NCBI RefSeq assembly: GCF_001194135.2
Contig: NC_068988.1
Coordinates: 28,495,035 to 28,559,034 of the forward strand
Reading direction: 5' to 3'
DNA: 64,000 nucleotides
From: Octopus bimaculoides
Taxonomy: Eukaryota
In this document: piece by piece, positions 11,454 through 23,525 of the stretch
Numbering within the stretch: position 1 is the first letter of the stretch
How the letters are laid out: each line of letters starts with the position of its first letter
Notes under the pieces: model-generated
Told to the model about the DNA's origin: nothing
Databases searched by the model: none
Seen by the model: the letters and a program-made list of their open reading frames with translations, nothing else
Translations under genes and position numbers: made by a program

Positions 11454-11495
11454 TCAGCCTGGCATCTTTTCATGCTGTATTTGAAAATAACATGC
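11454..11495 (-). CDS. ALS2: alsin last coding exon
   Basis: tttttcag acceptor; ACYFQIQHEKMPG* versus human ACYYQIQREKLN*. Confidence 0.93.
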   Translation of the reverse strand, partial: ACYFQIQHEKMPG

Positions 11496-11579
11496 CTGAA
11501 AAAGCAATGTGAAAAAATAGTATCAGTATATTTAGGATAAAAACAAACAGAAATCTGAAAAGGGCTTTACAATTCAATA

Positions 11580-12020
11580 TCATCATCATCGTTTAACATC
11601 CGCTTTCCATGCTAGCATGGGTTGGACGATTTGACTGAGGACTGGTGAACCGGATGGCTGCACCAGGCTCCAATCTGATTTGGCAGAGTTTCTACAGCTG
11701 GATGCCCTTCCTAACACCAACCACTCCGAGAGTGTAGTGGGTGCTTTTACGTGCCACCGGCACAAGGGCTAGTCTGGCAACGGCCATGCTCAAAATGGTG
11801 TTTTTTATGTGCCACCTGCACAGGAGCCAGTCCACTGGCAACGACCTTGCTTGAATGTTTTCCAACGTGCCACCACCAGTAAGGCAATGCTGGTAACGAT
11901 CACACTCAAATAGTGCTATTTACGTGCCACTGGCACGGAAACTAGACAGCTGCTCTGGCAATGATCACGCTCGGATGGTGCTCCACTGGCGCAGGTGCCA
12001 GTCACCGAATATGGTTCAAT
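11580..12020 (-). mobile_element. LINE 3'-UTR/tail fragment (most abundant repeat in the window; representative copy)
   Basis: AGGAAGGGCATCCAGCTGTAGAAAC...CATGGAAAGCGGATGTTAAAC(GAT)n. Other copies at about 1-320(+), 20940-21295(-), 29570-29935(+), 35870-36145(+), 38490-38870(+), 41155-41520(-), 61255-61470(-). Confidence 0.85.
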
Positions 12021-12477
12021 TACGATTTCGATATGCTATCATTTGTAGCTTTCTCTACTTCAAGTTAAAAATGAATTATTACATCTCTTGAAATTTCCAA
12101 ATTCTTATGACATAAATAACCTGCAATTCTCACTGGTAAAAACAAAACATATAAAATGAATAAATAAATTCGAATGAATGCTTTGGTTCAATGGTAGAAC
12201 ATCTGTCTTTTTCACAGATGTGGGTTCAAGTCCCATGGATAACCTGCGACTCTTTCTATGCTATGTGTTTTTTAACCCAATATTTACATGCTATTTATTT
12301 ATAGCTTTATCTGCTTCAAGTTCTACAGTTAGAAAGTAGTTGCTTCATTTTTTCATTATTGTAGATATTTGTATTTCTGTAATTAGTTAAAACAAACATA
12401 GTTTACTAATAAAACCTTCAGTGAACTAATGAATATACAGCTTACTAACAAAGCTACACATTGGAAAGGTGTGTTAC

Positions 12478-12660
12478 CTTGAGTGTTGTAAACATGATAC
12501 CCAATTCTCCATATTCCAAGTGTTGTTCCATCAAGTCATCAATCAAATGTATCTCGGCCCCTAAATGTCGAATCTTGGATCTCACAACCACATATTGAAA
12601 TATAGGAAATAGATCATCCATGCACCATATGTAGTCTTCATCAAGGGTAACTTGGACTGC
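12478..12660 (-). CDS. ALS2: alsin exon (VPS9 domain)
   Basis: [33 protein letters not shown]...[11 protein letters not shown]; AG/GT boundaries; phase 0 to 0. Confidence 0.96.
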
Positions 12661-13447
12661 CTGCAAATTTAGAAGAGAAACACATCATAGGAATGGTACC
12701 AGAGAATAGAATAAATAGATGTGAAATAAATAAGGCACAATTGAGGTTTATTTCCTGTTCTAAAAGAATGTTATTCAATAATTGATTGTCTGTTCTTCTT
12801 TGTATTTCATGCCTCTTAGACATAAGGCTTCCACACTCTCCATGCAGCCCTGTCAGTCGTCATTATCATCATTTAACATCCATTTTCCATGCTGGTTTGA
12901 CAGGAGATGGCCAGCCAGAGTGTTACCTAAGCTTCAGTCATCTGTTTTGGCATGGTTTTTATGACTGGATGCTCTTCCTAACACCAACCACTCTACAGAG
13001 TGTACTGGGTGCTTTATGCATAGCATCAGCACATATAAAGTGGCTGTGGTTAACACCTGGCTCCATGTTCTCCATCCACCAGCCTGTCTCTCTCTTTCTC
13101 AACAGTTCTTTCCCAGGAGTTCTTGGGTTTTCCATGCCTCCTCCTTCCTTCAAGGAAACAGATGAGGGTTGGCAACAGGAAGGGCACCTGGTCTTAAAAA
13201 ATTTACCTCAACAAATTCCACTTGACCCATGCTTGCATGGAAAAATGGATGTTAACTGATGATGACAATGAGTTTTTGTAGATGGATGATGGTTACTTAC
13301 CAGCAATATCAAAAAATCATGTCCAAAACAAAACATCCAAATAAAACCAAATGTCCAAACCACAAACAATTTAATCATTGTCTTAAACCCAAGCACATAG
13401 TCTTTTTTTTTTCTATTTATCCAATAAGAGAAAACTGAATGAAAATA

Positions 13448-13683
13448 CAGTAATCCCTCAACTATCGTGGGTGTTCGTTTCAAAACCCCCCTGCGATAGG
13501 TGAAAATCCACAAAGTAGAAACAGTACTGTACTGTATATTTTTATTATTATTTTCATAATTTGTATATATTCATTTTATTATAAATGCAAAACAACACCA
13601 CAGAGGAATCGATGTAAGCTTAAATAATAAACCGCGATAGGTGAACCACAATAGGTGAACCGCGATATGGCGAGGGATTACTG
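13448..13683. mobile_element. pogo/Tigger-type MITE
   Basis: TIRs CAGTAATCCCTC...; TA on both sides; second copy at 52413-52781. Confidence 0.8.
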
Positions 13684-14154
13684 TAATGTAGATAGACAAA
13701 CAGATGTAAGAAATATATAAATGTGTCTTTCAGACTGGACAAAGTTTAGTGCTTAATTAAATGTGATTTTGAGTTTGGAGTTTTTCCCTAATGGTTATGT
13801 AAGAAATTTAGAGTGAATATAAAAATTCATTTCACTATAGTCCAACCCATGCTAGCATGGAAAGTGGACGTTAAACGATGATGATGATTGTATTTACTTG
13901 TGTACAATTCATACCATTTTATATTTGATATTAACTGGAAAAACTGGGTTGTAACTTATACATGGGGCAAAGCTGATATGAAGTTTGAATACGAAAGGAA
14001 AAAAATTTGTACATGGGCACAAGCATAGCTGTGTGGTAAGACACTTGTTTCCCAATCACATGGTTCCAGGTTCAGTCCCACTGTATGGCACCTTGCATAG
14101 CTTCGGGCCAACCAAAGCCTTGCAAGTGGATTTGGTAGACAGAAACTGAAAGAA

Positions 14155-14388
14155 GGCGGTGAGCTGGCAGAAACGTTAGCACGCCGGGCGAAATGCTTAG
14201 CGGTATTTTGTCTGCCGTTACGTTCTGAGTTCAAATTCTGCTGAGGTCGACTTTGCCTTTCATCCTTTCAGGGTTGATAAATTAAGTACCAGTTACGCAC
14301 TGGGGGTCGATGTAATCGACTTAATCCCTTTGCCTGTCCTTGTTTGTCCCCTTTATGTTCAGCCCCTTGTGGGCAATAAAGAAATAAG
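14155..14388 (+). mobile_element. SINE family B (representative copy)
   Basis: GAGCTGGCAGAAACGTTAGC head, core GTCGACTTTGCCTTTCATCCTTT...AAGTACCAGT. Other copies at about 3340-3572(-), 19030-19205(-), 23235-23965(- x3), 26760-26975(-), 31810-32065(+), 34735-34940(-), 45680-46070(- x2). Confidence 0.85.
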
Positions 14389-17029
14389 CATGCCCAGCAT
14401 GCTAACAATTCTGCCAGTTCACCAACTTGATGATGATGATGGTGGTGGGCGGGGGTGGGTGATGATGATGATAAAACTCCTTAACCACACAGCTGTACCT
14501 ATGTCTAAATTAACACACAAATGCACAATAATCTTCCATTCATAGTCTTAAGTAAAAGCAGTCTAAAATACTACATCCCTAATGCCAAATAAAATTTCTG
14601 TCACGGTCTCTTATAAGCATGCACTCACTAACATCCAATGTTACCAATTATCACAATATGCATTATCATTATCAACATTGTTTTAACATCCACTTTTCCA
14701 TGCTTGCACTAATTGGATGGAATTTACCTAACAACAACAACAACAATCAAATATTCTAGTAAACCTTCCTTAATTCTACGACAGTTCTAACATCAAGTAA
14801 AAATAGCACATAGGAGGGAGGTGGTTCTATGTACTAGTCAACCTGCTAGAAATAGCAGTGAAATCTCTCTGGATATACTATACATTAAACAACCTACATC
14901 GTGGATGGATTCAGTCAGAGGGCCAGCCTAGGGCTAAATAACAACAACATAATAGGAATGCATCAAATATTTCTTCAAACAAAGATTTAAAAAGAAGCAC
15001 CTTAATGTCTGTAGTAGTTTTAGTTTTAAATCCAGGTGAAATGAAAAAATTTTTAAGTAAGACACATCAAACTGAACAAGTTAATTGAGTGACCAAAGCT
15101 AAAAGTGGGTAAATGGAAGCAGCACTAAAGAGTTAAAAGAAAGAATTTAAAGCATTTAGGAAGAATGTCAATAATGTAGTGCCAGCATGGAAAATAATTC
15201 CTGGAGACTCATGATATAGGAAGCAGCGATAACATACAGGATTTCGATACAGGGGTAAGGAGATTTATTAAGAAGTGACCAAAAGAGATTTTATTATTAA
15301 CTGTTAGGTAATCCAAGCTAAACAAACGGATTTTGTGCAATCATCTATTGTACATGTTCAGAGTAAAAGCAGCAGAACTAGGATTTGAACTCTGGTTACT
15401 TTTGCATCATAATTGGATGCAACTGTAGATATTCCTGTTAGTATAAATACTGACTTTGTTAAATTGATTCAAAAGATTCATTGATAGAATAAATAGACAT
15501 GATTAAATACTGCAAAATATAAAAGTACTTTTCTCTTATGGACAGCCATTTTCTTATTTACTAAAAGATTAGTAAATAAACTATTATGCCTTTAGCATTC
15601 AGATTACTCTGTCAAATGTAATGCTTATTTATTCACACTGTTTTGAATTAATCAGGTATTATTTTGTAGCTTTGAGATTTTAGATGTTAAATGTTGATGA
15701 TGATGATAGTATAATTTTAGAATGACATTGTAAGGTTGATGTGAAACTAACAAGTTTGGACATAAAACAAGTGGAATATTTGCATCATACTTGGTCGATT
15801 TCAATGCTAAAAGGTTACCCAATCACCCAATTCCTTGCCTTTTCCTTTTCCACGAGGCAGTGGTAGCTATTCCAAAAGCCACCAAGCAACTATTACACCT
15901 GTCTCACAAATGCAAGAGTTCATTTACTACTCCTTTAATGAATAATAAAAAAAATTGGTTGTCGATAATAGTGTAGTACCACATAAAATGCTTTTCAGTA
16001 ATTAGTATTATCTCTTTGAGTTCAAATCCTTTGAGAGTCAACTTTCACTTTCATTCTTCCAGAGATGGAACAAGTTCCAGTCAGGTACTGGATTAATTCA
16101 TTTGACCATACTCTCCACATCTTCCAAATGTGAGGCAGTCTGCCAAGGTTACAAAACAAATTTTTATCAACCTTTTTATGTCTGCTTCTTCCATGCTAAT
16201 ATGGTTTAGATCAAACTTGTTGGCGTAGTATTCAATGGCTGAATACCCTTCCTGTTTGTCAATTCTTCCTTGTTTCCAAGTAAGGTACTTATTCTTAAAG
16301 TCTTTCACAAGATAAACTGCTCAGCAGCCAGACATGTTTTTATGCTATATGCAAACAATGACAAAGTGTAGTAAGTCCCACATTTGACAGTTTTGCAAAA
16401 CTTTTGTGACTGAAAATATCGTACATGCATGGAGTTATGATTTTATGCACTCAACAAAGTATTATTGCTAAGCTGAAACTGTTGCTAATGTAAAAATAAA
16501 TGGAATGGTGAAATTATTTCTTCCTTTTCTGAAAAAGCAACACTTTGGACTTACGACACTTTCGCATAATTGCAATGAGTTGAACCTGCTTACTTAATGT
16601 CATTAATTCATTTAATAACTGACTCACAAAAAAAAACCTCACTTTAACTCTTTAGCATTTAAACTGGCCACATCCAGCTCAAATATGCTACCATGTTTTA
16701 TGTTCAAACCAGCCAGATCCAGCCTCTCACACCTATCCTACAATGTCATTCTAAAAATAAACAATCACATCATCGGAATCTTAAAGCTACAAGATATTAC
16801 AACCATCATCATCATCAGCAGCATCGTTTAACGTCTGCCTCCCATGCTGGCATGGACTGGATGGTTTGACAGGAGTCAGCCTGGTAGAGACTACACAAGG
16901 CTACTGCGTCTGTTTTGGCATAGTTTTTACGTCTGGATGCCCTTCCTAACACCAACAATGTGAATAAATACACATTACATTTAGCAGAGTAATCTGAACA
17001 CCAAAGGGGTAGAGTATGTTATCTCGCCA

Positions 17030-17445
17030 ACAGCAAACCTATGTAGGAGAAACTTGGAAAATGACTGCCAAGATCACTCAGTGATTCAATGTATTCCATC
17101 ATTGATACTGACGCAGAATACTCAGAATCACAAACTCTGAAGTCCTGAGAAGAACCAATCTGTGCAGTTTGCAGGTCCAGGAGACTGAGGCGAAAAGAAG
17201 AGTGAGACTTGCAGGTCATGTTTTCTGATTGTCAGAAAATAATGGATCTCCAAGTCAGCTTATACAATGAATGCCACAAGAGGGAGACTCAAGGAGATAT
17301 GGTGCACCACCTTCAAAGAAAATCTGAAGCAACTTGGCATCGTCTTGGAAGATGCAGGAGACTATGCTCCAAACTGAGATGATTGGAGACATGTCTTGCT
17401 GCTTGGTGTGCTAGCCAACTGCATGGGACTAACTGTTAGACAAAG
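17030..17445 (+). mobile_element. degenerate LINE ORF2 C-terminus (second, older RTE-like family)
   Basis: ETWKMTAKI...RRILRITNSEVLRRTNL...RRVRLAGHV and GRLKEIWCTTFKENLKQLGI...DWRH, with stops and frameshifts. Confidence 0.65.
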
Positions 17446-17858
17446 ACTAAATATCGAACCACACATGGTATAAACCATCAAAGATGCAAATGGAATTACG
17501 AAAGATTTTCACAATGTTTCTGAGCAAATAATTGATAAATATATAACAGGGCTTTATGACAGAAAATCTCTTGACAAGTTACAAGGGCTCAAAGAATTGG
17601 TTCTTAGCTCCAAACTTGGTAGTGTTAGTAATGTTATGTGGTTGCAAGCTAAATGCTCTCTTTGGATAGGATAGTAGTGTACAACATGTAACGTTCCCAG
17701 ATCCTGTACATACTTTCTGAAAATTTTAAGAACTAAGGTATGCAGAATACAGTGTTCTGCCCAGAGACGGTGTAAGACTTGCAACAGAAGAGATCAAAAG
17801 TTTAGAAATAATACATTTCTAAATCTCTCAGAGAGATTTATGCAGTAGTGATACGATG

Positions 17859-18006
17859 AAGTAGTTGTATGCTGTCAACTTAATGCGACAGTCCCCTGAA
17901 GGAAATAATACTACTGTTGGTCAGACCAGCAGTAATATTATTCTAACTAACAGTAGTATTATTCCCTTCAGGGGACTGTCACATTAAGTTGAAAGCATAA
18001 CTACTT
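17859..18006. repeat. long near-perfect inverted repeat (about 62-bp arms, 24-nt spacer)
   Basis: arms 17859-17921 and 17946-18006 differ by 4 substitutions and one 2-nt indel. Confidence 0.9.
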
Positions 18007-18508
18007 TAGATCAAAAGTTATTTTAACTTATAAACTGCCAGGGATATTTTAGAATAGTTTAGCTAAAAATAAAGGCTGCTCTCAGTCGATAATGAGATAG
18101 TAAAGAATGATTACACCTTATACTTAGACTCAGTTCACCTTATAACCACGAGCGATAGTTTCTAAAGATAATGGCAATTGCTAATTACTAACAAAATAAT
18201 AATTAGGACCAATATACCAAATAGAACCAGTGTTCAAAACAGTTTCAGTGTTGCTGAATCAAGCAGTGGTACTTACCAAAACAGGATATACCTGCCGTCA
18301 AGAACAAGAGAAGGTAGACAGTTTAACATTAAAACAGTTATGGTAAAAAGACAAAATGATAGGATGGGGAGAGACAACAACATGGCGTGATTTTGATATT
18401 CGAGCCAGAAGGAACCTGCAAATGGTGTTATGCTGAGCAACAGCCTCAGCAGAAAAGAATAATATTAGAGGACAACAGATTAAATCGTTTAGTAAAATTG
18501 GTTTAGGA

Positions 18509-18679
18509 CAGGTACAGGTGACTTTTTAGGAGAAGCAGGCTGCATGAGATGTGGCTCGTCACCAGGCGAGCCGCACCACTAAAATATAAAAAAAAGCAAG
18601 GTAATTTTTTGTTAGATGTGATATTCAGAAAGTCCCAAAGGCTGCATGTGGCCTGCAGGCCGCAGTTTACCCATAACTG
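18509..18679. mobile_element. hAT-type MITE
   Basis: exact 8-bp TSD GTTTAGGA (18501-18508, 18680-18687); imperfect CAG-initiated TIRs. Confidence 0.75.
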
Positions 18680-18716
18680 GTTTAGGATAATCTGAAGAAG
18701 ATTAGTTCCAACTTAC

Positions 18717-18780
18717 CTTTGTAATTTCCAAGAAAGTTCTTTGTATCACGGCCAGCTTTTCACATGGACTGAATGCAGTG
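18717..18780 (-). CDS. ALS2: alsin exon (VPS9 domain)
   Basis: TAFSPCEKLAVIQRTFLEITK; cttacag / gtaagt. Confidence 0.93.
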
Positions 18781-19337
18781 CTGTAAGATATAGAATATAT
18801 TGTTGTAATGATTAACAGAAGCAAAAAGATGCCTGTTTTTTGAGGCTTTTCATTTGATTACCTCTATACGTACATATGTACACACACACACACATACACG
18901 CGTGCACACACATGCACTGGGATTCAGACAATCATAATGGTGAAATGTGTGTAGGAACCATAGTATAAACTCATGTTTATCCTCACACATACATAGACTT
19001 CAAATTTTGGCACAGGGCTAGCAATTACAGGAGAAAGGGTAAGTCGATTACATCAACCCCCAGTACTCAACTGGTACTTATTTTATCGACCTTGAAAGGG
19101 TAAAAGGCAAAGTCAACCTCAACAGATTTGAACTTAGAACATAAAGATGAACAAAATACTGCTAAGTATTTTACCTGGCATGTTAACGATTCTGCCAGTT
19201 CATTGCCTCTATATATACACACATATATATCGTTGGGAGAATAAATGTCATTTGTATGTGGAGTGGGGGGCAGAAGAAATAAGGAAAATAAAAGAAAAGA
19301 AAGAAAAAAAGATTTTGAATGAAAGCAAAGCACCTAC

Positions 19338-19399
19338 CTTATTTGCTGCAGCATATCAACAGCAACAGCATAACACTGATCTCGGATCTCAGACAGTTT
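19338..19399 (-). CDS. ALS2: alsin exon
   Basis: KLSEIRDQCYAVAVDMLQQI aligns with KDACFASAVECLQQI; a second in-frame acceptor lies 99 nt upstream. Confidence 0.88.
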
Positions 19400-20165
19400 C
19401 TGCAATGGATAAGCCACACAAATAATAATCCACAGACAACAAAGCTGACCAAATACAAACTGAGGAATATTTAGGTTATCACTGAAATCATCTGAGACCT
19501 GAAAAAAGCAGACTGAAGGCAAGGCCTTGTGGTTAAACAGTTCACTTCACAGTCATATGGTTCTGAGTTTGACCCTACTGTGTGACACACCTTAGACAAG
19601 TTAGTTCCTTCCACCACAGTCACAAGTCAAACCAAGCCGTGTGACTGAAATTAAAGAGATGGAGACTATGTATAGGTCTGTGGAACTGTGCCTCCTCTTG
19701 AGTGGTACAGTGTGCAACAGAAATACCTCTTTTATTTTACATGGTTATTTGTCTGGTATTAATGAAGTTCAACTGGTGGTAACAATGTCTTCATGGAGTT
19801 AATGCTTCACCAGTTCTTTTTGCTTTGCTTTTGTTTTATTGTTTTGCTTGTAACATCTCAACCTTTTTACTATCTTTCATTCACCAGATTCCAAACAAAC
19901 CATTTTATATTACACCTAATTCTTTTTCTTTAGATCTGCAACTCTTTTGATCTCGTCCTTGCCATGCTCACATTTTCACCAACATTTCCCCAACATTTCC
20001 CCTACATGTACAGAGATTCAGAGTGACCATCAACCTCTCCCCCTAACTGCAGAGGTCATGGGCACTGCATCCTTCCACCACCTTTGGAGAAAAGAAGAGA
20101 GGTCATCCAAAAAGTTTGATGTGCAAAAAGAAAGAAATATGAAAGAAATCATGTTATGATCTTAC

Positions 20166-20211
20166 CTGTCTGTTACCTTGAAAGATTTTATCTTCAATTA
20201 ACCAAAACTTT
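20166..20211 (-). CDS. ALS2: alsin exon
   Basis: KFWLIEDKIFQGNRQ; ttcttccag / gtaag; phase 2 to 0. Confidence 0.85.
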
Positions 20212-21452
20212 CTGGAAGAAAATGTAAAATGAAAAGGATTACAATTCCCTTTATGGAGTAAAAAGTAAGAAATAGGAAAAAACAAATTAAATTAAATATC
20301 ATAAGTAATTTTAACATCTATTTAATTAATGTATTGTAAGTACCAGTTGCATTGCACACTGGGGGTCAATATAATTAACTAACCCCTCCCCGAAAATTGC
20401 TGGCCTGGTGTCAAAATTTGAAACCAATATTATCAGGGTGGTGAACTGGCAGGCTTATTACAGCCTTGGAAAATGCTTTATAGTATTTACTTCAACTTTT
20501 CACATTCTGAGTTCAAATCCTGCTAGGGTCAGCTTAGCCTTTCATCTCTTTAGGGTCAAGTTCTGGGGTCAATGGTATTGGTTAACCACCTTTTCTCAAA
20601 ATTTCTGCCTTGAAACTAAACAGCAACATCGTAACATCTTTGCTATCATAACACTCCACACCAACATCATAACTGTTTCAACAATACATGTAAATTTCTA
20701 TCTGTGAGACTTGAGACTAACAGATTTGATCTTGTTTCAGAAGTGACACAAGCATGCAACACTGACAAGCTGCAACAATGAGGAAATACATATCTGTAGC
20801 TCTTGTAATCACTTAAAGGGTGATTTTAACTTTGCCTAGCTCTGAAGCATAGTGTTTTTTGTTTTTTTTTATACAGTATGTCTATAAAGGGACAAAAAAC
20901 TGCAGCTTCTTGCTTTTCAATAACACACACATTAAACATCATCATCATCATCATCGTTTAATGTCCGCTTTCCATGCTAGCATGGGTTGGACGATTTGAC
21001 TGGGGACTGGCGAACCAGATGGCTACACCAGGTTCCAATCTGATTTGGCAGAGTTTCTACAGCTGGATGCCCTTCCTAATGCCAACCACTCCGTGAGTGT
21101 TCTGGGTGCTTTTTACGTGCCACCAGCACGAAGGCCAGTCCAGCGGTACTGGCAACAGCCACGCTCAAAATGGTGTTTTTTACGTGCCACCTGCACAGGA
21201 GTCAGTCCAATGTTTTGTTCACATGCCACCAGCACGAGTGCCAGTAAGGCGAAGCTGGAAACAATCGCGCTCAAATGGTGCTTTTTATGTGCCATGTTAT
21301 ATAAATGAAGATTTCACTCTAGAGTTGCTTCTATTGCATAATTCAAATTTTATTCAATTACTTTAATTGTTCACAGGAAATTGAGAAAACATTGAAAAAA
21401 ATAAAAACTGGGACATTGTCTAAAATGTCTGTATTGATGTGTATTTACTTAC

Positions 21453-21629
21453 TGGTCAATGCCGAGATAAGCCATTAGTGCCATATCTCCTTGGCGATTC
21501 AATTTCCAAACCCGCTCCCAATATTTTTCATCTTCCTTGTCATTGTAGAGAGCATACAGATCAAAAAGTGGTGGGTATATTTTGGGAAGCAACAGAGGAT
21601 GTAGAAGACGAGCTGGCGTAACAACTTCA
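21453..21629 (-). CDS. ALS2: alsin exon
   Basis: LLLPKIYPPLFDLYALYNDKEDEKYWERVWKLNRQGDMALMAYLGI, a strong match to the alsin C-terminal region. Confidence 0.95.
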
Positions 21630-22144
21630 CTGAAATCAATATCAAAGTTCAATAAATGAGATTGAAGTAAGGAGCAAGAAATTAGATAATACATTGAATA
21701 ATATTTGGAGTTTATTTTATGAAGATTGGTTCCTTCAAGTGAGTCTCTGCAAGTAATTAGACATAGACTGAAGTCTCATACAATTACCAGGTCCCTTGAT
21801 GTGCATCTAAATAAAGTTAGCAATCTGGTGGAGGATAGAATATATTCCATTATATTTTCTTTTATATTTTTTTACTAGTTGAAACGCAGACTGATTTTTT
21901 GAGACATTTTGTGGGGGGAAAAAACATGCCTTATATGCCTTCAAATATGGTACTTACACTATAATTCAAACAGGCACAGGAGCGGTTGTGTGGTAAATAG
22001 CTTGCTTACCAACCACATGGTTCCGGGTTCAGTCCCACTGCATGGCACCTTAGGCAAATGTCTTCTATTATAGTCTCGGGCCGACCAAAGCCATGTGAGT
22101 GGATTTGGTAGATGGAAACTGAAAGAAGCCTGTCGTATACATGC

Positions 22145-22178
<34 letters not shown>

Positions 22179-22509
22179 ATATGTTTGTGTGTCTGTGTTT
22201 GTCCCCCCAACATTGCTTGACAACCGATGGTGGCGTGTTTACATCCCCCGTAACTTAGCAGTTCAGCAAAAGAGACTGATAGAATAAGTACTAGGCTTAC
22301 AAAGAATAAGTTTTAGGGTCCATTTGCTCGACTAAAGGCAGTGCTCCAGCATGGCCACAGTCAAATGACTGAAACAAGTAAAAGAGTAATAAGGTTGTTG
22401 TGGTAACTGAATCACTGAGAAGCTCAACGAGAGACCCATTCAATATATAAAGATTTGATGGCAATTTTTAACAGTTTTGCAGAAGTAAATAAGTTGTGAA
22501 ATAACTAAC

Positions 22510-22641
22510 CTCTCATCTGGATTGTCACCAACCATAAAGTCTTGTTCACTTATTAGTTCACTATCCTCAGCAGGTGGGACTCTGTTGCAGCTGTAGATTC
22601 TTACTGGTTTTGAAGAGGAGGGCAGATCAGGAAATAAAATC
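22510..22641 (-). CDS. ALS2: alsin exon
   Basis: RILFPDLPSSSKPVRIY...; ttctgtag / gttagt; phase 2 to 2. Confidence 0.85.
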
Positions 22642-22960
22642 CTACAGAATACAATTGATAGGTAGAGAGATAGAAATTAGACAAAAAAGAAAGAGAATAA
22701 TTGGCATGGAGGAAGGGAAAAATCAAAGAGGGATGAAAATTAAAGGAAAGAACTGCAGAGTGAAATACCGTATGACTTACCAAGTGAAATCATAGACATG
22801 GCTGATGCTGGTGTCACATCAATGGCACCTGTGCCGGTGCCACATAAAAAGCACTTATTACACTCTTGGAGTGATGATCAGCGTCAACAGACATCCATCC
22901 ATAAAACCAATACACACACACACGTACTGAGCAGTAGTACTAATATCAGACACTGCTTAC

Positions 22961-23118
22961 CTGATAACCCTGTAGACTTTTTTAACGTAAGATTTGATTT
23001 CTTGAACAGCATGCAGCAACAGTCTGGGATGGGCTCCGATACCAATGTAGGCAGCCCTGAATACTTCCACCAACCCATCTATGAGCTTTCCAATGGGGTG
23101 GAATTTGGTGTCAAAAGC
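22961..23118 (-). CDS. ALS2: alsin exon
   Basis: AFDTKFHPIGKLIDGLVEVFRAAYIGIGAHPRLLLHAVQEIKSY; similar to ACDTPLHPLGRLVE. Confidence 0.94.
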
Positions 23119-23480
23119 CTAAATGAAGAAGAGAAGAGTCAAATTGAACACACCTTTTTTTTGTACAGAATATCAGAATAATTACCTATCTACAGACAAA
23201 TGATTAACACATTTAGGAAATTATAGCATTGCTTACAATACTACTACTACTACTACTACTACAAATAATCCTTTCTACTATAGTCACAAGGCCTGAAATT
23301 TGGAGGAGGGGGATAGTTGATTACATCAACCCCAGTACTCAACTGGTACTTAATTTATTGACCCTGAAAGGATGAAAGGCAAAAGTTGACCTGAGCAGAA
23401 TTGAATTCAGAATGTAGCAACGAGTGAAATACTGCTAAGCTTTTCGCCCGGCATGCTAACGATTCTACCAGCTCACCACC

Positions 23481-23525
<45 letters not shown>

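Noticed and set aside
16093-16308. ORF MKDFKNKYLTWKQGRID... as a gene
   Set aside because: Lies on a decayed repeat tail, with no splice context or recognisable domain.
20171-20180. Alternative ALS2 donor CAAG|GTAACA
   Set aside because: Gives phase 1, incompatible with the phase-0 next exon; the donor at 20165 keeps the frame.
21973-22050. tRNA genes at SINE heads
   Set aside because: A/B-box-like motifs are present, but no cloverleaf is evident and each runs into a SINE body.
22798-23181. + strand ORFs overlapping ALS2 exons (also 36448-36639, 37253-37447, 52932-53156, 54207-54716, 56231-56518)
   Set aside because: Antisense shadows of ALS2 coding exons, with no independent support.
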